From positions 23,932 through 87,931 of the forward strand of contig CAZMQU010000001.1 in assembly GCA_964568715.1 (NCBI GenBank): a stretch of DNA of 64,000 bases, written 5' to 3'. This DNA is from an uncultured Halanaerobiales bacterium. GTDB lineage: Bacteria; Bacillota; Halanaerobiia; B1SED10-174. The notes under the pieces were generated by a model. The model did no database searches, was not told the origin of the DNA, and was given only the letters and a program-made list of their open reading frames with translations. Of this stretch, positions 1 to 9,527 are shown one piece after another. The translations under genes were made by a program, and so were the position numbers. The number at the start of each line of letters is the position of its first letter. Positions within the stretch are counted from its first letter, which is position 1.

Positions 1-1
1 C

Positions 2-961
2 CATCCTGTTTTACAGACCCTTCTTTTTATGGGTTTTTATTGGGTGGTGAAAAATATTTTGGCCTTGCCCTGGCAAGCCTACAAAATCTTTTCCATTGAA
101 GAGCGGCACGGTTTTAACCGCACTTCCGCAAAAACCTTTTGGAAGGACAGGCTGATAAATTTTCTCGTGCTCATCCTTTTGGAAGGCCTCATTGTTTTTG
201 CCAGTCACAGCCTCTTTCTGCGCTTTGGGGCCAATGTTTGGCAGTTTATTATCCTGGTCTGGCTGTCAATTTCCTTTCTCTTGTTTGTCTTCGTAGCCTT
301 TTTAAATAGAATCTTTTTCCGCCTATTCAATAAATTTACGCCATTGCCCCCGGGCACCTTGCGGGACCGGATTGAGGATTTGGCCCGGAAGGTGGGCTAC
401 AGCGTCAAAGCCATCAATGTCATGGATGCCTCCCGCCGCTCGAGCAAATTAAATGCATTTTGTACCGGTATCGGCCGAACCAAGGAAATAGCACTTTATG
501 ATACACTCTTGGAAAAGGCGGGGGAGGATGAAATTTTGGCTGTCTTGGGCCATGAGTTGGGACACGCAATCTATCATGACATGTGGGCTAATTTACTTCT
601 GCAGAGCGCTATGTTTTTAATTTACGCTGTCTTTGTTGCTTTCCTGGTAAGCAAGCCGGTCCTTTTTCAAGCCTTCGGTTTGAGCGGAGTTCACTTCGGT
701 TTTGCCTTGTTTTTGTTTTTTTATTTCTTTGAGCCCATTCTGGATTTGTTCCTTGGTATTATCTACAATTACTTCTCCCGCCGCATGGAATATCGGGCCG
801 ATGAATTCGCAGCTGACCACACCCGGCCCCAAGATATAATTGGCGCCCTCAAGATATTGGGTCGGGAAAATTTGACCAATCTAAATCCCCATCCTTGGAC
901 AATCCTATTTCGGTACAGCCATCCTCCTTTGAACGATCGCATCAAAGCTTTGGAAATATGA
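2..961 (+). CDS. M48 family (Ste24/HtpX-like) membrane zinc metallopeptidase, 5'-truncated by window edge
   Basis: HELGH zinc motif, EYRADEFA third-ligand motif, C-terminal YSHPPLxxRI, several TM helices; frame open back to base 2. Confidence 0.9.
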   Translation, partial: HPVLQTLLFMGFYWVVKNILALPWQAYKIFSIEERHGFNRTSAKTFWKDRLINFLVLILLEGLIVFASHSLFLRFGANVWQFIILVWLSISFLLFVFVAFLNRIFFRLFNKFTPLPPGTLRDRIEDLARKVGYSVKAINVMDASRRSSKLNAFCTGIGRTKEIALYDTLLEKAGEDEILAVLGHELGHAIYHDMWANLLLQSAMFLIYAVFVAFLVSKPVLFQAFGLSGVHFGFALFLFFYFFEPILDLFLGIIYNYFSRRMEYRADEFAADHTRPQDIIGALKILGRENLTNLNPHPWTILFRYSHPPLNDRIKALEI

Positions 962-1171
962 ATATTTACTTAAAAGGATGATTATATAGGGGAAAAGTGA
1001 TAAAAGAATCCAAAGAAACTTAAAGAGGGGAAAGCCTTGAAAAAGGTTTTTCCTTCTTTTGTGGAATATTGGCAGTACTTATATGCTTGATATCTTCCAA
1101 GATATGGCTAAACATTATTGAACAAGTTGCCGACTTGTTGAGCAAGTGCTTGTCCATTAAGGGGTGATGTA

Positions 1172-2251
1172 ATGAGAAGGATTGGTGTCTTGACCGGTGG
1201 CGGTGATTGTCCGGGTTTGAATGCGGTAATCAGGGCCATTGTAAAGACCGCCCATGATTTAAATTTGGAGGTGATCGGCTTTCGGGATGGTTTTCGCGGT
1301 ATGGTGGTCAATGAATATGTATCATTGGCTCCTCGCGATGTTGTGGGGATTTTAATTAAAGGGGGAACGATTTTAGGTTCCTCCAATCGGGATGATCCCT
1401 TTAATTTTCGAATTTCGAGTAGCGACGGTTTTGAATACAAGGACATGTCCGATCAGGTGATGGAAAATGCCCGCAAGCTCGATTTGGAAAGTATCATTGT
1501 TATAGGCGGTGACGGCACTTTATCTTGTGCCTATGATTTCATGCAAAAAGGACTTAAGATTATCGGAGTTCCCAAAACCATCGACAACGATTTGAACGGT
1601 ACCGACATGACCTTCGGCTTTATGACGGCCATCGATACAGCTACCGATGCCTTGGAAAAATTACATACGACCGCTGAATCTCACCATCGTATTATGGTAT
1701 TGGAAGTAATGGGCAGAGAAGCCGGTTGGATTGCTTTGCAGGCTGGTATTGCCGGCGGCGCCGACATCGTTTTGATTCCGGAGATTCCATTTTCCTTAGA
1801 GAAAGCGGCGGCAAAGATCTTGGCTCGCAAAGACCGGGGGCGGACTTTCAGTATAGTCATCGTTGCCGAAGGAGCAAGGCCCCTTGGCGGTAAACAGATT
1901 ATAAAAAGGAAGGTGGAAGGTAGCCCTATAGGCCATCGCCTGGGCGGTATAGGTGCCTATGTAGCAGCGGGTTTGGAGGAGATTACCGGCTTTGAAACGA
2001 GGGTCACGGTATTGGGGCACTTGCAAAGAGGTGGGAAACCCTCGGCCTTTGATCGCATTCTGGCCAGTCGCTACGGGGTGGCAGCCGCAAAACTGGCTTA
2101 CAGGAAAAGCTTTGGACGGATGGTCAGCCTGGCGGGAACTAACATAATGTCCCGGCCCATCGATGAATCGGTGAAAGAAATTAGGGCAGTGCCCTCTCAA
2201 GGAGAAATGGTTATGACCGCAAAAAATATTGGTATAAGTTTCGGTGATTAA
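1172..2251 (+). CDS. pfkA: 6-phosphofructokinase
   Basis: GVLTGGGDCPGLN, IGGDGT, PKTIDND, EVMGR, LGHLQRGG motifs. Confidence 0.95.
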   Translation: MRRIGVLTGGGDCPGLNAVIRAIVKTAHDLNLEVIGFRDGFRGMVVNEYVSLAPRDVVGILIKGGTILGSSNRDDPFNFRISSSDGFEYKDMSDQVMENARKLDLESIIVIGGDGTLSCAYDFMQKGLKIIGVPKTIDNDLNGTDMTFGFMTAIDTATDALEKLHTTAESHHRIMVLEVMGREAGWIALQAGIAGGADIVLIPEIPFSLEKAAAKILARKDRGRTFSIVIVAEGARPLGGKQIIKRKVEGSPIGHRLGGIGAYVAAGLEEITGFETRVTVLGHLQRGGKPSAFDRILASRYGVAAAKLAYRKSFGRMVSLAGTNIMSRPIDESVKEIRAVPSQGEMVMTAKNIGISFGD

Positions 2252-2409
2252 AGATTACTAATTTTTCAATTATCGGTCAAAGAAAGGCAGGCTGTTTTCA
2301 GCAACAACAGTTAAATATATTATTATTCCCAGCAAATTGGCGATATTTGCAGGTGAATTTAGATGTATGTGGAAATATATGAAACAATATCCAAAGATCC
2401 ATAATAATT

Positions 2410-2520
2410 AGCCGGTTTGCACCTTGTTGTCCTTCGGTCACACCGGAATGCATGGAAAAAGATCTGCCCCTCAAAGAAATCTCGCCCGATCATTTTGTGG
2501 CTTGTACCTTATTTGCCTAG
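2410..2520 (+). pseudogene. Remnant of the C-terminus of an oligopeptide ABC transporter ATPase (OppD/OppF-type)
   Basis: Translates as SRFAPCCPSVTPECMEKDLPLKEISPDHFVACTLFA*, matching the CRFxPRCP...C....P.L....gH.vAC tail; in-frame stop at 2380-2382, no start and no ATPase domain. Confidence 0.7.
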
Positions 2521-2601
2521 AATTGTTTGGGACATTTGACGGGGTTTTTAAAAGGAAGCCGGTTAGCCGAAATATAATGATAAAGAATAAGAAATCAGCT
2601 G

Positions 2602-2634
2602 AAAGCCTCCCGTTTGTTTTCGGGAGGACTTTTA
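2602..2634 (+). terminator. Probable intrinsic terminator
   Basis: CCTCCCG-loop-CGGGAGG followed by ACTTTT. Confidence 0.5.
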
Positions 2635-2676
2635 CTTGATAAAGCCGAATGAATTAAAGTGGTTATTTGAAAATTT

Positions 2677-3618
2677 ATGGTAGGGGGAATAAAAAAATTG
2701 CGTATCAAGATTCAGCGATATTTAGGGATTAAAGAAGCTTATGAAGGACCTGACTATAGGATTGTAAAGCAAGAGCAAAAGGATGGATATAAGAGCGTAT
2801 TGATTTGCTATCAAGGCAGTGAAGGTGACGAAGTTCCTGCTTATTTGTTATTACCTGATAGTTTGGCAACAAAAAGCGGGTTTTACCCTGCAATTGTAAT
2901 CCACCACCAACATAATGGTGAGCGGCACTTGGGTAAAAGTGAAGTTTGCGGATTGCTCGGGGATCCTTGGCAAGCTTTCGGGCCCACCCTTGCCCGACGA
3001 GGTTTTATTGTTTTAGCCCCTGATTCGATATGTTTTGAAGATAGAAGGGCTAATCAAAAAGGTACTGTTGCCGATGATTACGGCGATTTTTTACAACATT
3101 ATAACCAGATGTGTTACCGAATCTTGCAAGGCAGTTCTTTGATGAAAAAAGTTATCGATGATGCCAACCTGGGTTTTGCTTTACTATTTAATCATCCCCG
3201 GGTCGATAAAAAGAGAATAGGTTTGTTGGGTCATTCCTACGGAGGCAATACGGTTATATTTCAAATGGCCCTTAACGAAGGTTTTGCCTTTGGTTGTTCC
3301 AGCGGGGCGGTCTGTACATACCGACAAAAAATGCAAGCAGGAACAGGCATTGAGATGGCGGAAGTAATTCCTGCTTTTATCAATAATTTTGATATTGATG
3401 ATTTGCTGGAGTGTATTGCGCCGCGCAACTTCTTGGTTCTTTCGGCGACTGAGGATAAATATTCGATGGATGCCGATGCCATTGTGCAAAGAGTAAAAGC
3501 CAAGTACATAAAGCAGGGTGTCGGCAATAAGTTGATCCATAAAAGGTTTAACGGCGGCCATGCCTTGAACGAAGAAAGGTTTAATTATGTAATCGAATGG
3601 TTGGCAGATTGGCTTTAG
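2677..3618 (+). CDS. Dienelactone hydrolase-like alpha/beta hydrolase
   Basis: GHSYGG nucleophile elbow, C-terminal GGH catalytic His, PAIVIHH strand. Confidence 0.85.
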   Translation: MVGGIKKLRIKIQRYLGIKEAYEGPDYRIVKQEQKDGYKSVLICYQGSEGDEVPAYLLLPDSLATKSGFYPAIVIHHQHNGERHLGKSEVCGLLGDPWQAFGPTLARRGFIVLAPDSICFEDRRANQKGTVADDYGDFLQHYNQMCYRILQGSSLMKKVIDDANLGFALLFNHPRVDKKRIGLLGHSYGGNTVIFQMALNEGFAFGCSSGAVCTYRQKMQAGTGIEMAEVIPAFINNFDIDDLLECIAPRNFLVLSATEDKYSMDADAIVQRVKAKYIKQGVGNKLIHKRFNGGHALNEERFNYVIEWLADWL

Positions 3619-3774
3619 ATTAATTGGCAAACAATTTAGTATTCCGGCGGGGACACTTTAACGATATATAATATATTTAAAATTTAATAGTGCCGGATTA
3701 TGAATTTGCCGATGATACCAAATTCTTTTTGCCTAGACCTAAAAAAGGCAAAGCCAAGTAAAAAAGATAAGAAT

Positions 3775-3812
3775 AACAAAAAGCCCCGTGACAGGTAAGG
3801 GCTTTTTTGTTT
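3775..3812. terminator. Bidirectional terminator-like hairpin
   Basis: AACAAAAAGCCC...GGGCTTTTTTGTT. Confidence 0.6.
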
Positions 3813-3918
3813 ATCGATGGTGTGTCAATATCATTGTTTGTGCAGTTTATCGGCCGGATCAAAAGATGATGGATTGAAGTGAATGTCTTTCAGCTATTAG
3901 TCAGAATCAGGGAACGGA

Positions 3919-4343
3919 CTAATTGGTGCCAAAGATGTGGTTCCCGGCCGGTTGTTTGCAATGAGTCGGGAAAGAATTAAAAACGGTATCAATTTCCACC
4001 CAAAGGGGTTCGGCATCTCTATGGGTTTGAGGGTCACTGTATTGGATATCAGGGACACCGGTAATGGAACTGAAAAGTAATTCCGGGGAGAAATCGGTAT
4101 CGACTTGCTTTAGATTGTCAATCTCGATGATTAAAGGCAGATCGACTATCCTTCTTTCCACAATTTAATTAAATCAATCTTATTATAAGGGTTGAGATAG
4201 GGAGAAAAAGTGCGGGGGTGATGCTTGATGTATATTATCTCATTTTCTGTCCCTGAGTTAATCTGATTGACCGGGGGTGAAGGAGGAGAAGAAATAAGGG
4301 AGAAAATAATTAGAACAAGAATGATGCCGGTAACAGGAAGCAA
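3919..4343 (-). pseudogene. Two short overlapping ORFs, possibly one frameshifted membrane-anchored protein
   Basis: 4146-4343 has an N-terminal hydrophobic helix; 3919-4161 continues in another frame with a 16-bp overlap; no family recognised. Confidence 0.3.
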
Positions 4344-4452
4344 ATAGAAAAGATGTTTTTTTGCCTTCCTTTCTTCTCCTATAATTATATACCATCATTT
4401 TGAAGAAACTGTTCGCTATTTTTGAAAATATTTTACGATTTTTCGATATTTT

Positions 4453-4478
4453 TCAGACCTTTTCCTATTATAACCGTT
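4453..4478 (+). promoter_or_regulatory. Candidate ECF-sigma autoregulatory promoter
   Basis: TCAGAC-N16-CGTT, resembling SigW-type TGAAAC-N16-CGTA, just upstream of the ECF gene. Confidence 0.45.
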
Positions 4479-4526
4479 TATACTATGTAAGCCCTTTTGC
4501 AAGAAGGCTGGTTCCGGAGGTGCAAA

Positions 4527-5069
4527 TTGCAGGATAATGAATTGGTGGCCCTTTGCCGGGGCGGACAAATAAATGTATATGCCTCTTTAGTTGAACGCTA
4601 CCAAGGGCCGATTTTTGGTTTGGCTTTGCAATTTCTGCATTCTAGGGCGGAGGCGGAAGAAGTAGCCCAAGAGTCTTTTTTGCGGGTTTACCAGCAAATT
4701 ATCAAGGGGAAAAATTTCACGTTTTTTCCCTATCTCAAGCGGGTTACGGTCAATCTTTGTTTCGACCGCTTGCGGCAAAGGGGCCGGGAGAGGGAATATA
4801 TCACAACTCTCTGCAACGATGAGGCGCTGATGGGGAATACACCGGAAGAGTCGGTTTTGCAGCAAGACGAAAAAAACAGTTTGCAGCATGCTCTGGCTTC
4901 TCTACCAAAGATGTATCAAGAGGTATTGCTACTGTTTTACGCCGCTGAATTGTCGCAAAAAGAGATTGCTGCCCATCTTGAAGTCCCCTTGTCTATTGTG
5001 AAAAACAGAATATTTCGAGCCAGGCGTTTATTAAAAGATGCCCATCAAAAAAGGAAAGGAGAATTATAA
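4527..5069 (+). CDS. ECF RNA polymerase sigma factor (SigW-like)
   Basis: Region 2 (AEEVAQESFLRVY, NLCFDRLR) and region 4.2 HTH (SQKEIAAHLEVPLSIVKNRIFRARRLL); TTG start at 4527 follows GGAGGTG. Confidence 0.92.
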   Translation: MQDNELVALCRGGQINVYASLVERYQGPIFGLALQFLHSRAEAEEVAQESFLRVYQQIIKGKNFTFFPYLKRVTVNLCFDRLRQRGREREYITTLCNDEALMGNTPEESVLQQDEKNSLQHALASLPKMYQEVLLLFYAAELSQKEIAAHLEVPLSIVKNRIFRARRLLKDAHQKRKGEL

Positions 5070-5564
5070 ATGGATTGCCAAAATGTTAAAAACAATATAG
5101 AGAAGTACTTGGCCAACGGCCTGTCCCGACGGAAAGCCCAAGCCTTGGAGAAACATTTGGAAACTTGTTCCTTTTGTCAGGCCTTCTTTTTAAAAGAAGA
5201 TGAAGAGATGGATGGACTCCTGGCAAGCCATTGGTATGCAAAAGGGGCCCCGGCAGGTCTTAGGGCAGGGGTAATGGAGCGTATCTCGGTCCAAAAGGGG
5301 CGGGACTGTCAGTTCAACCGATCGAAGGCCGTTGTATGCTTTGTTAGTGTCTTAGTCTATTGTTTCTTGTGGTTGGGCGGGTTTGCCGGTTACTTATTGG
5401 TTAAATCAATCCACCCGCAGGTTTTACAGGCAATAGGCGCAGCCATTGGCGGCCTACTGGAACATTACTCTATAACACCTTTGGGTACGGTAATTTTCCT
5501 GACAGTCTTGGTATCGATCAATTGGAGTTTTTATTATTTGGATAGAAAGGAAAGGATGGCATGA
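5070..5564 (+). CDS. Zinc-binding (zf-HC2) membrane anti-sigma factor
   Basis: HLETCSFC (HxxxCxxC) motif plus C-terminal TM helices, directly after the sigma factor. Confidence 0.85.
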   Translation: MDCQNVKNNIEKYLANGLSRRKAQALEKHLETCSFCQAFFLKEDEEMDGLLASHWYAKGAPAGLRAGVMERISVQKGRDCQFNRSKAVVCFVSVLVYCFLWLGGFAGYLLVKSIHPQVLQAIGAAIGGLLEHYSITPLGTVIFLTVLVSINWSFYYLDRKERMA

Positions 5565-6460
5565 GGAAAAAGACTTTTAAGTTTAGTTTGTTATTGGCAA
5601 TAACACTTGTGGCTACAGCGGTTTTTACATGTGGAGCAACCGGCTCCCTACCGGTCCTTTTGGAGAGTGGGCGGACATTTTCCGACTCCAATAGAATCGT
5701 TTCCACCGGACGGGATGTCTTTGTGGCTCAGGGCGATGTGGCCGAAACAGTAGTTGTTATCGCGGCCAATGCTCGCATTGATGGGCGGGTTCGCGGTGAA
5801 GTTGTTGCCATTGGCGGTACCATCCATGTAGGACCCGAAGGTGTCATAGAAGGCACTGCCGTTGCCATCGGTGGTGGTTTGAAGATGGAACCGGGGGCCC
5901 AAGTTTACGGCGAGCAAGTCAATCTAGGCATTTTCAGGAACTCCCTGCCTTTTGTTGGAAAGTTTTTTCCTTTGACTTTAGGTTTTGCCTGGTGGCGCGC
6001 TTTGGCCGGCATCTTTTTGGCAATGATAATTTATTGGCTATTTCCCAAGCCGATTGGAAGGGTTGCTCTAACCATCAAGCAAGATCCTTTCAAGGTGACC
6101 CTTTTCGGCCTTTTGGGTTACCTGGCTTTGGTTCCTTCCATTATCCTTTTGATAATTACAATCTTGGGAATACCCTTGGTGCCCGTCCTTTTATTACTTT
6201 TTCTAGTCGGCAGAATACTGGGTAAGGTCGCTTTGGGTCTTTTGTTGGGGCAATATTTAGACGGCCAATTCAATTGGAAATGGCAGGAGGCTTTGTTAGT
6301 TTTAGCAGGGCTTGTCTTGCTAGCTTTGGTCGGCTTGATTCCCTTTGCCGGTAAGTTTGTTTCTTTTTTCTGCGGAATGGTCAGCATCGGCGCTGTTCTC
6401 TGGTCGCGAATGGGAACGCAGGTGCCAATATTAGAAGGAGGTAAGGAAGATGAAGAATAA
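5561..6460 (+). CDS. Membrane protein with exported beta-helix/bactofilin-like repeat domain
   Basis: Signal peptide, repeats VVAIGGTIHV/AVAIGGGLKM, then about 5 TM helices. Confidence 0.65.
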   Translation: MRKKTFKFSLLLAITLVATAVFTCGATGSLPVLLESGRTFSDSNRIVSTGRDVFVAQGDVAETVVVIAANARIDGRVRGEVVAIGGTIHVGPEGVIEGTAVAIGGGLKMEPGAQVYGEQVNLGIFRNSLPFVGKFFPLTLGFAWWRALAGIFLAMIIYWLFPKPIGRVALTIKQDPFKVTLFGLLGYLALVPSIILLIITILGIPLVPVLLLLFLVGRILGKVALGLLLGQYLDGQFNWKWQEALLVLAGLVLLALVGLIPFAGKFVSFFCGMVSIGAVLWSRMGTQVPILEGGKEDEE

Positions 6461-7271
6461 ATGGCTTAAGGCCGTTATTTTGGCCGGTATTATTTGGTTT
6501 TTCTTTATGGGCGTTGGTTATGCTTTTCCCTGCTTCAAAAATATATTACCCTGGATTGTTAATCAAAATGTAAGTGCGGAAAAAAATGAAACATTAAGCT
6601 ATCCCAGCCGGGGGCTTAATAAAGTGACCGTATCCACTTTCAACGGTCCCATCATTTTGGTCGGCCAAGAGGATGCGACAGAAATTACTGTTCAGGCAAA
6701 TTATCGGGTATGGGGTGGTAGCCAGAATGATGCCGAGGCAAAACTTGCAACCCTTAGTACGAAAATTGTTGAAAGCACCAGGGGAAGTTTGACCATTGAA
6801 GGTGTTTTTGAGGGCTCGAAGACCAATAACTCCATCAGTTATGTCATTAGCTTGCCCCCCCATATACTGGTGGAAGCCAATACTTCCAACGGCAGGATTG
6901 AAGTTTCTGATTTGTATGGCGACTTACAGCTAATAACCAGCAACGGCCGCATCAATGTGGAGACCGAAAAAGGTCCCGGCCAACTGGTGGCCCGTACCAG
7001 CAACGGTCGTATCTTCGTTAAGGCCCGGCCCGTCGGCAACTCTATTGATCTTCATACCTCTAACGGCAGAATTGACATTGTTCTGCCTGCCGATTTGGGT
7101 ATCACTCTGTCAGCCCGCACCAGTAACGGCAAGATTAATTTGGGGGAGAGTCTATGGGCAATTCAAGGCGGAGAATTGAGTAAAAAAACAGTGGATGCTC
7201 GTCGAGGTAACGGCAGGCTGCGCTTGACGGCGATGACCAGCAACGGTAATATCAGTTTGAGCGAATTATAA
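6450..7271 (+). CDS. DUF4097-type beta-strand repeat protein
   Basis: Signal/anchor followed by repeated xxTSNGRI motifs. Confidence 0.8.
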   Translation: MKNKWLKAVILAGIIWFFFMGVGYAFPCFKNILPWIVNQNVSAEKNETLSYPSRGLNKVTVSTFNGPIILVGQEDATEITVQANYRVWGGSQNDAEAKLATLSTKIVESTRGSLTIEGVFEGSKTNNSISYVISLPPHILVEANTSNGRIEVSDLYGDLQLITSNGRINVETEKGPGQLVARTSNGRIFVKARPVGNSIDLHTSNGRIDIVLPADLGITLSARTSNGKINLGESLWAIQGGELSKKTVDARRGNGRLRLTAMTSNGNISLSEL

Positions 7272-7384
7272 AGATAAATGATTAAAGAGAACATTTGAGC
7301 TGCCAAATATAAAAGATTATTTTATTTTCGTTTTGCTGAGCAAAATGAATGAATTGATGAAGTACTATTGATCTCTTAAGCAAA

Positions 7385-7420
7385 AAGAAAATGCCTCCTT
7401 CGGGAGGTATTTTTCTTCTT
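7385..7420 (+). terminator. Intrinsic terminator of the ECF operon
   Basis: AAGAAAATGCCTCC-TTCG-GGAGGTATTTTTCTT. Confidence 0.75.
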
Positions 7421-7533
7421 AAGAGGAATAGAGTCAATAGGTAATATTTGCCGTATAATTGGGAGATAAATAGGGGCTTAATTGAATCCAAAGGAAAAGG
7501 AGGCTGATTGTTCTGGCTATCGGCAGAAGAAAG

Positions 7534-8535
7534 GTGGCAGTTGTTTTAAGCGGCGGCGGTGCCAAGGGGGCTTACGAAGCAGGGGCCTTGGTTTCTTTGG
7601 CCCAAACAATTGACAAGATCGATGTGATTACCGGGGCTTCCATTGGTGCCATCAACGCGGCATTGTTTGCTTGGGAGTATGAAAAAAGCGGCGACATGCT
7701 TTGGGCTGCCAAGGCGGTTAAAGCAACATGGTCCGAGTTGGGGCGGCTTTTTAAGTTTAGTTTTTGGCACCTGGTTAAGGGGATGTTATTTGCTTTTTTA
7801 CAGACCTGTTCTCCTTTTAATTTTACTTCTTTGGTAGATACGGCCTTGATCAAAGAAAAGTTGCAGCGATTGATACCGCCTCGTTTGTATATCAGCGACA
7901 TTACCCGTTTGGAGTTGGCCATCAATGCCACCTGTTTAAGCACGGGTAAGACAGTTACTTTTAACCGCAATAACGATATCCCTTTATGGGAGGCAGCCTT
8001 GGCCTCCAGTTCCATACCTATTCTTTTTGCCTCCCGTTACATCGGCGGCGCCTATTATGTCGATGGGGGGATCTTTAATAATACGCCCCTTAAAGATGCT
8101 ATCGCTGCCCAAGCCAGTGATATTTTTGTTGTTGAACTTAAACCCAAAAGCAAAGACCTATATATGGAGACCATCGGAGAAAAAAGTGATTTCAAAGGGG
8201 CCTATCGGGTTGGGGCTCGCTTAATGGAATTGATCTTTGATAAGATAATGTATGAAGATTTAAAGAAGGCTAAAAAGACAAATGAGATTATCGAAGTCAT
8301 TAAGGCATTGGAGGCAAGCGGGCCCAATAGAGAGCTGCTAGAGCAACTTAAAACCTCCATCGGTTATGAAAAGGATGGCCAGGTTAAACGGTATATCAAT
8401 TTTTATGAAATAGCTCCCTCGCAGCGCTTGGAGCCCCCCGGGACTTTGGGTTTTAGGAATAAAAAGGCCATTGAAAATATAATAAAACTGGGTGAAAAAG
8501 ATGCCCGCCAACAGCTGGCAAGTTTTTCTTGTTGA
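7534..8535 (+). CDS. Patatin-like phospholipase (true start probably slightly upstream)
   Basis: VLSGGGAKG, GASIG nucleophile, DGG motif. Confidence 0.9.
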   Translation: MAVVLSGGGAKGAYEAGALVSLAQTIDKIDVITGASIGAINAALFAWEYEKSGDMLWAAKAVKATWSELGRLFKFSFWHLVKGMLFAFLQTCSPFNFTSLVDTALIKEKLQRLIPPRLYISDITRLELAINATCLSTGKTVTFNRNNDIPLWEAALASSSIPILFASRYIGGAYYVDGGIFNNTPLKDAIAAQASDIFVVELKPKSKDLYMETIGEKSDFKGAYRVGARLMELIFDKIMYEDLKKAKKTNEIIEVIKALEASGPNRELLEQLKTSIGYEKDGQVKRYINFYEIAPSQRLEPPGTLGFRNKKAIENIIKLGEKDARQQLASFSC

Positions 8536-8656
8536 CTATAAAATTAAAAGCGGAATTAAAGATAATTACAGGCTGACCAATAAACGTGTAAGTTGGGAAT
8601 ATTTATTTTGCTAAAAATTTAGGATTAGTTATTTTTGTGGGAAAGCCCTTTTTATG

Positions 8657-8685
8657 TTGACAAGGCATGTAATTTAGGATACAAT
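8657..8685 (+). promoter_or_regulatory. sigma-A promoter upstream of SAM riboswitch
   Basis: TTGACA-N17-TACAAT. Confidence 0.8.
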
Positions 8686-8712
8686 TGTTAAGTAAATAGA
8701 ATAAAAGCTTTA

Positions 8713-8818
8713 GGCTCTTATCAAGAGAGGTGGAGGGACTGGCCCTAGGAAACCTCGGCAACCACGAATTATTTCGATGGTGCCAATTCCAGCAACACGA
8801 AGTGTTGAAAGATGAGGG
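8713..8818 (+). ncRNA. SAM-I (S-box) riboswitch
   Basis: CTCTTATCAAGAGAGGTGGAGGGACTGGCCC...GGCAACC...GGTGCCAATTCCAGC...GAAAGATGAG consensus core. Confidence 0.95.
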
Positions 8819-8839
8819 AAATAGGTAGCTAGTAAAAAC

Positions 8840-8871
8840 AAGCCTCTTTCTCTCAAGGGAAAGGGGCTTTT
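8840..8871 (+). terminator. SAM riboswitch expression-platform terminator
   Basis: AAGCCTCTTTCTC/GGGAAAGGGGCTT stem followed by T run. Confidence 0.8.
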
Positions 8872-9097
8872 AAAATTGGTGAGTCCGATGTAGCGGTAAA
8901 CAGCTTATCGCAAAGAAATTTAAAATAACTGAATATGGGGATTGTAAATTAGTTTTACAACCGAATTTAAAACAAACTACTAATAGACGTTGATATAATA
9001 TGGTCCCGTTTGCAAATTGTTTTTTGCTCGGCTTGATTGGCAGCGATCGATAAATGGTGAAGCAAAAAAACTATTGGTCAAATTATGGCAAACAATG

Positions 9098-9126
9098 TTG
9101 ACAGGGCCATTTCCATATGTTAGAAT
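9098..9126 (+). promoter_or_regulatory. sigma-A promoter upstream of lysine riboswitch
   Basis: TTGACA-N17-TAGAAT. Confidence 0.8.
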
Positions 9127-9160
9127 CATAGTTAATTGCATAGATTGCCCTCTGGAAACG

Positions 9161-9329
9161 GATAGAGGCGCGGTTAAGAGGTAGAGATGATGAGGAACAG
9201 GTCCGATGATTCATTCTGAGGGCTTAACCGCCGAAGTTGTAAGCCGACCTGTTGAAGGTTTACTACTGGGCTTGCGTTTGATAGGCGTAAGACTGTCACT
9301 GCTTGAATTCCTGCAGTGGAGAGCTATTC
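9161..9329 (+). ncRNA. Lysine riboswitch (L-box)
   Basis: ATAGAGGCGCGG...AGAGGTAG...GCCGAAG...TGGGCTT...AAGACTGTCAC...GTGGAGAGCTAT architecture, upstream of dap genes. Confidence 0.9.
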
Positions 9330-9348
9330 TACAATGATAATTTATTTG

Positions 9349-9376
9349 ATACGGTTGTAGATGGCCGTATTTTTTT
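9349..9376 (+). terminator. Lysine riboswitch terminator
   Basis: ATACGGTT/GGCCGTAT stem followed by 6 T. Confidence 0.7.
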
Positions 9377-9499
9377 ACTTTTGCGGTTGGTAAATGTAAC
9401 CATTTAAGGCGCAGTTTTGTGTAATGGTCGGTCGTTAATAGAAAATTGCTTGTAAAGATGTGTCAATATTGTCGTTAAAAATAGCCGTTCAACTTTTTC

Positions 9500-9527
9500 A
9501 CTTGGCAGGATTATTTGACATATATTA
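9500..9527 (+). promoter_or_regulatory. Candidate sigma-K promoter for dpaA
   Basis: AC-N17-CATATATTA matching AC-N17-CATAnnnTA; spoVF is sigma-K dependent in B. subtilis. Confidence 0.55.

Noticed and set aside
3720-3780. c-di-GMP riboswitch (GGCAAAGCC)
   Set aside because: Lacks the GNRA/receptor and second-stem pattern
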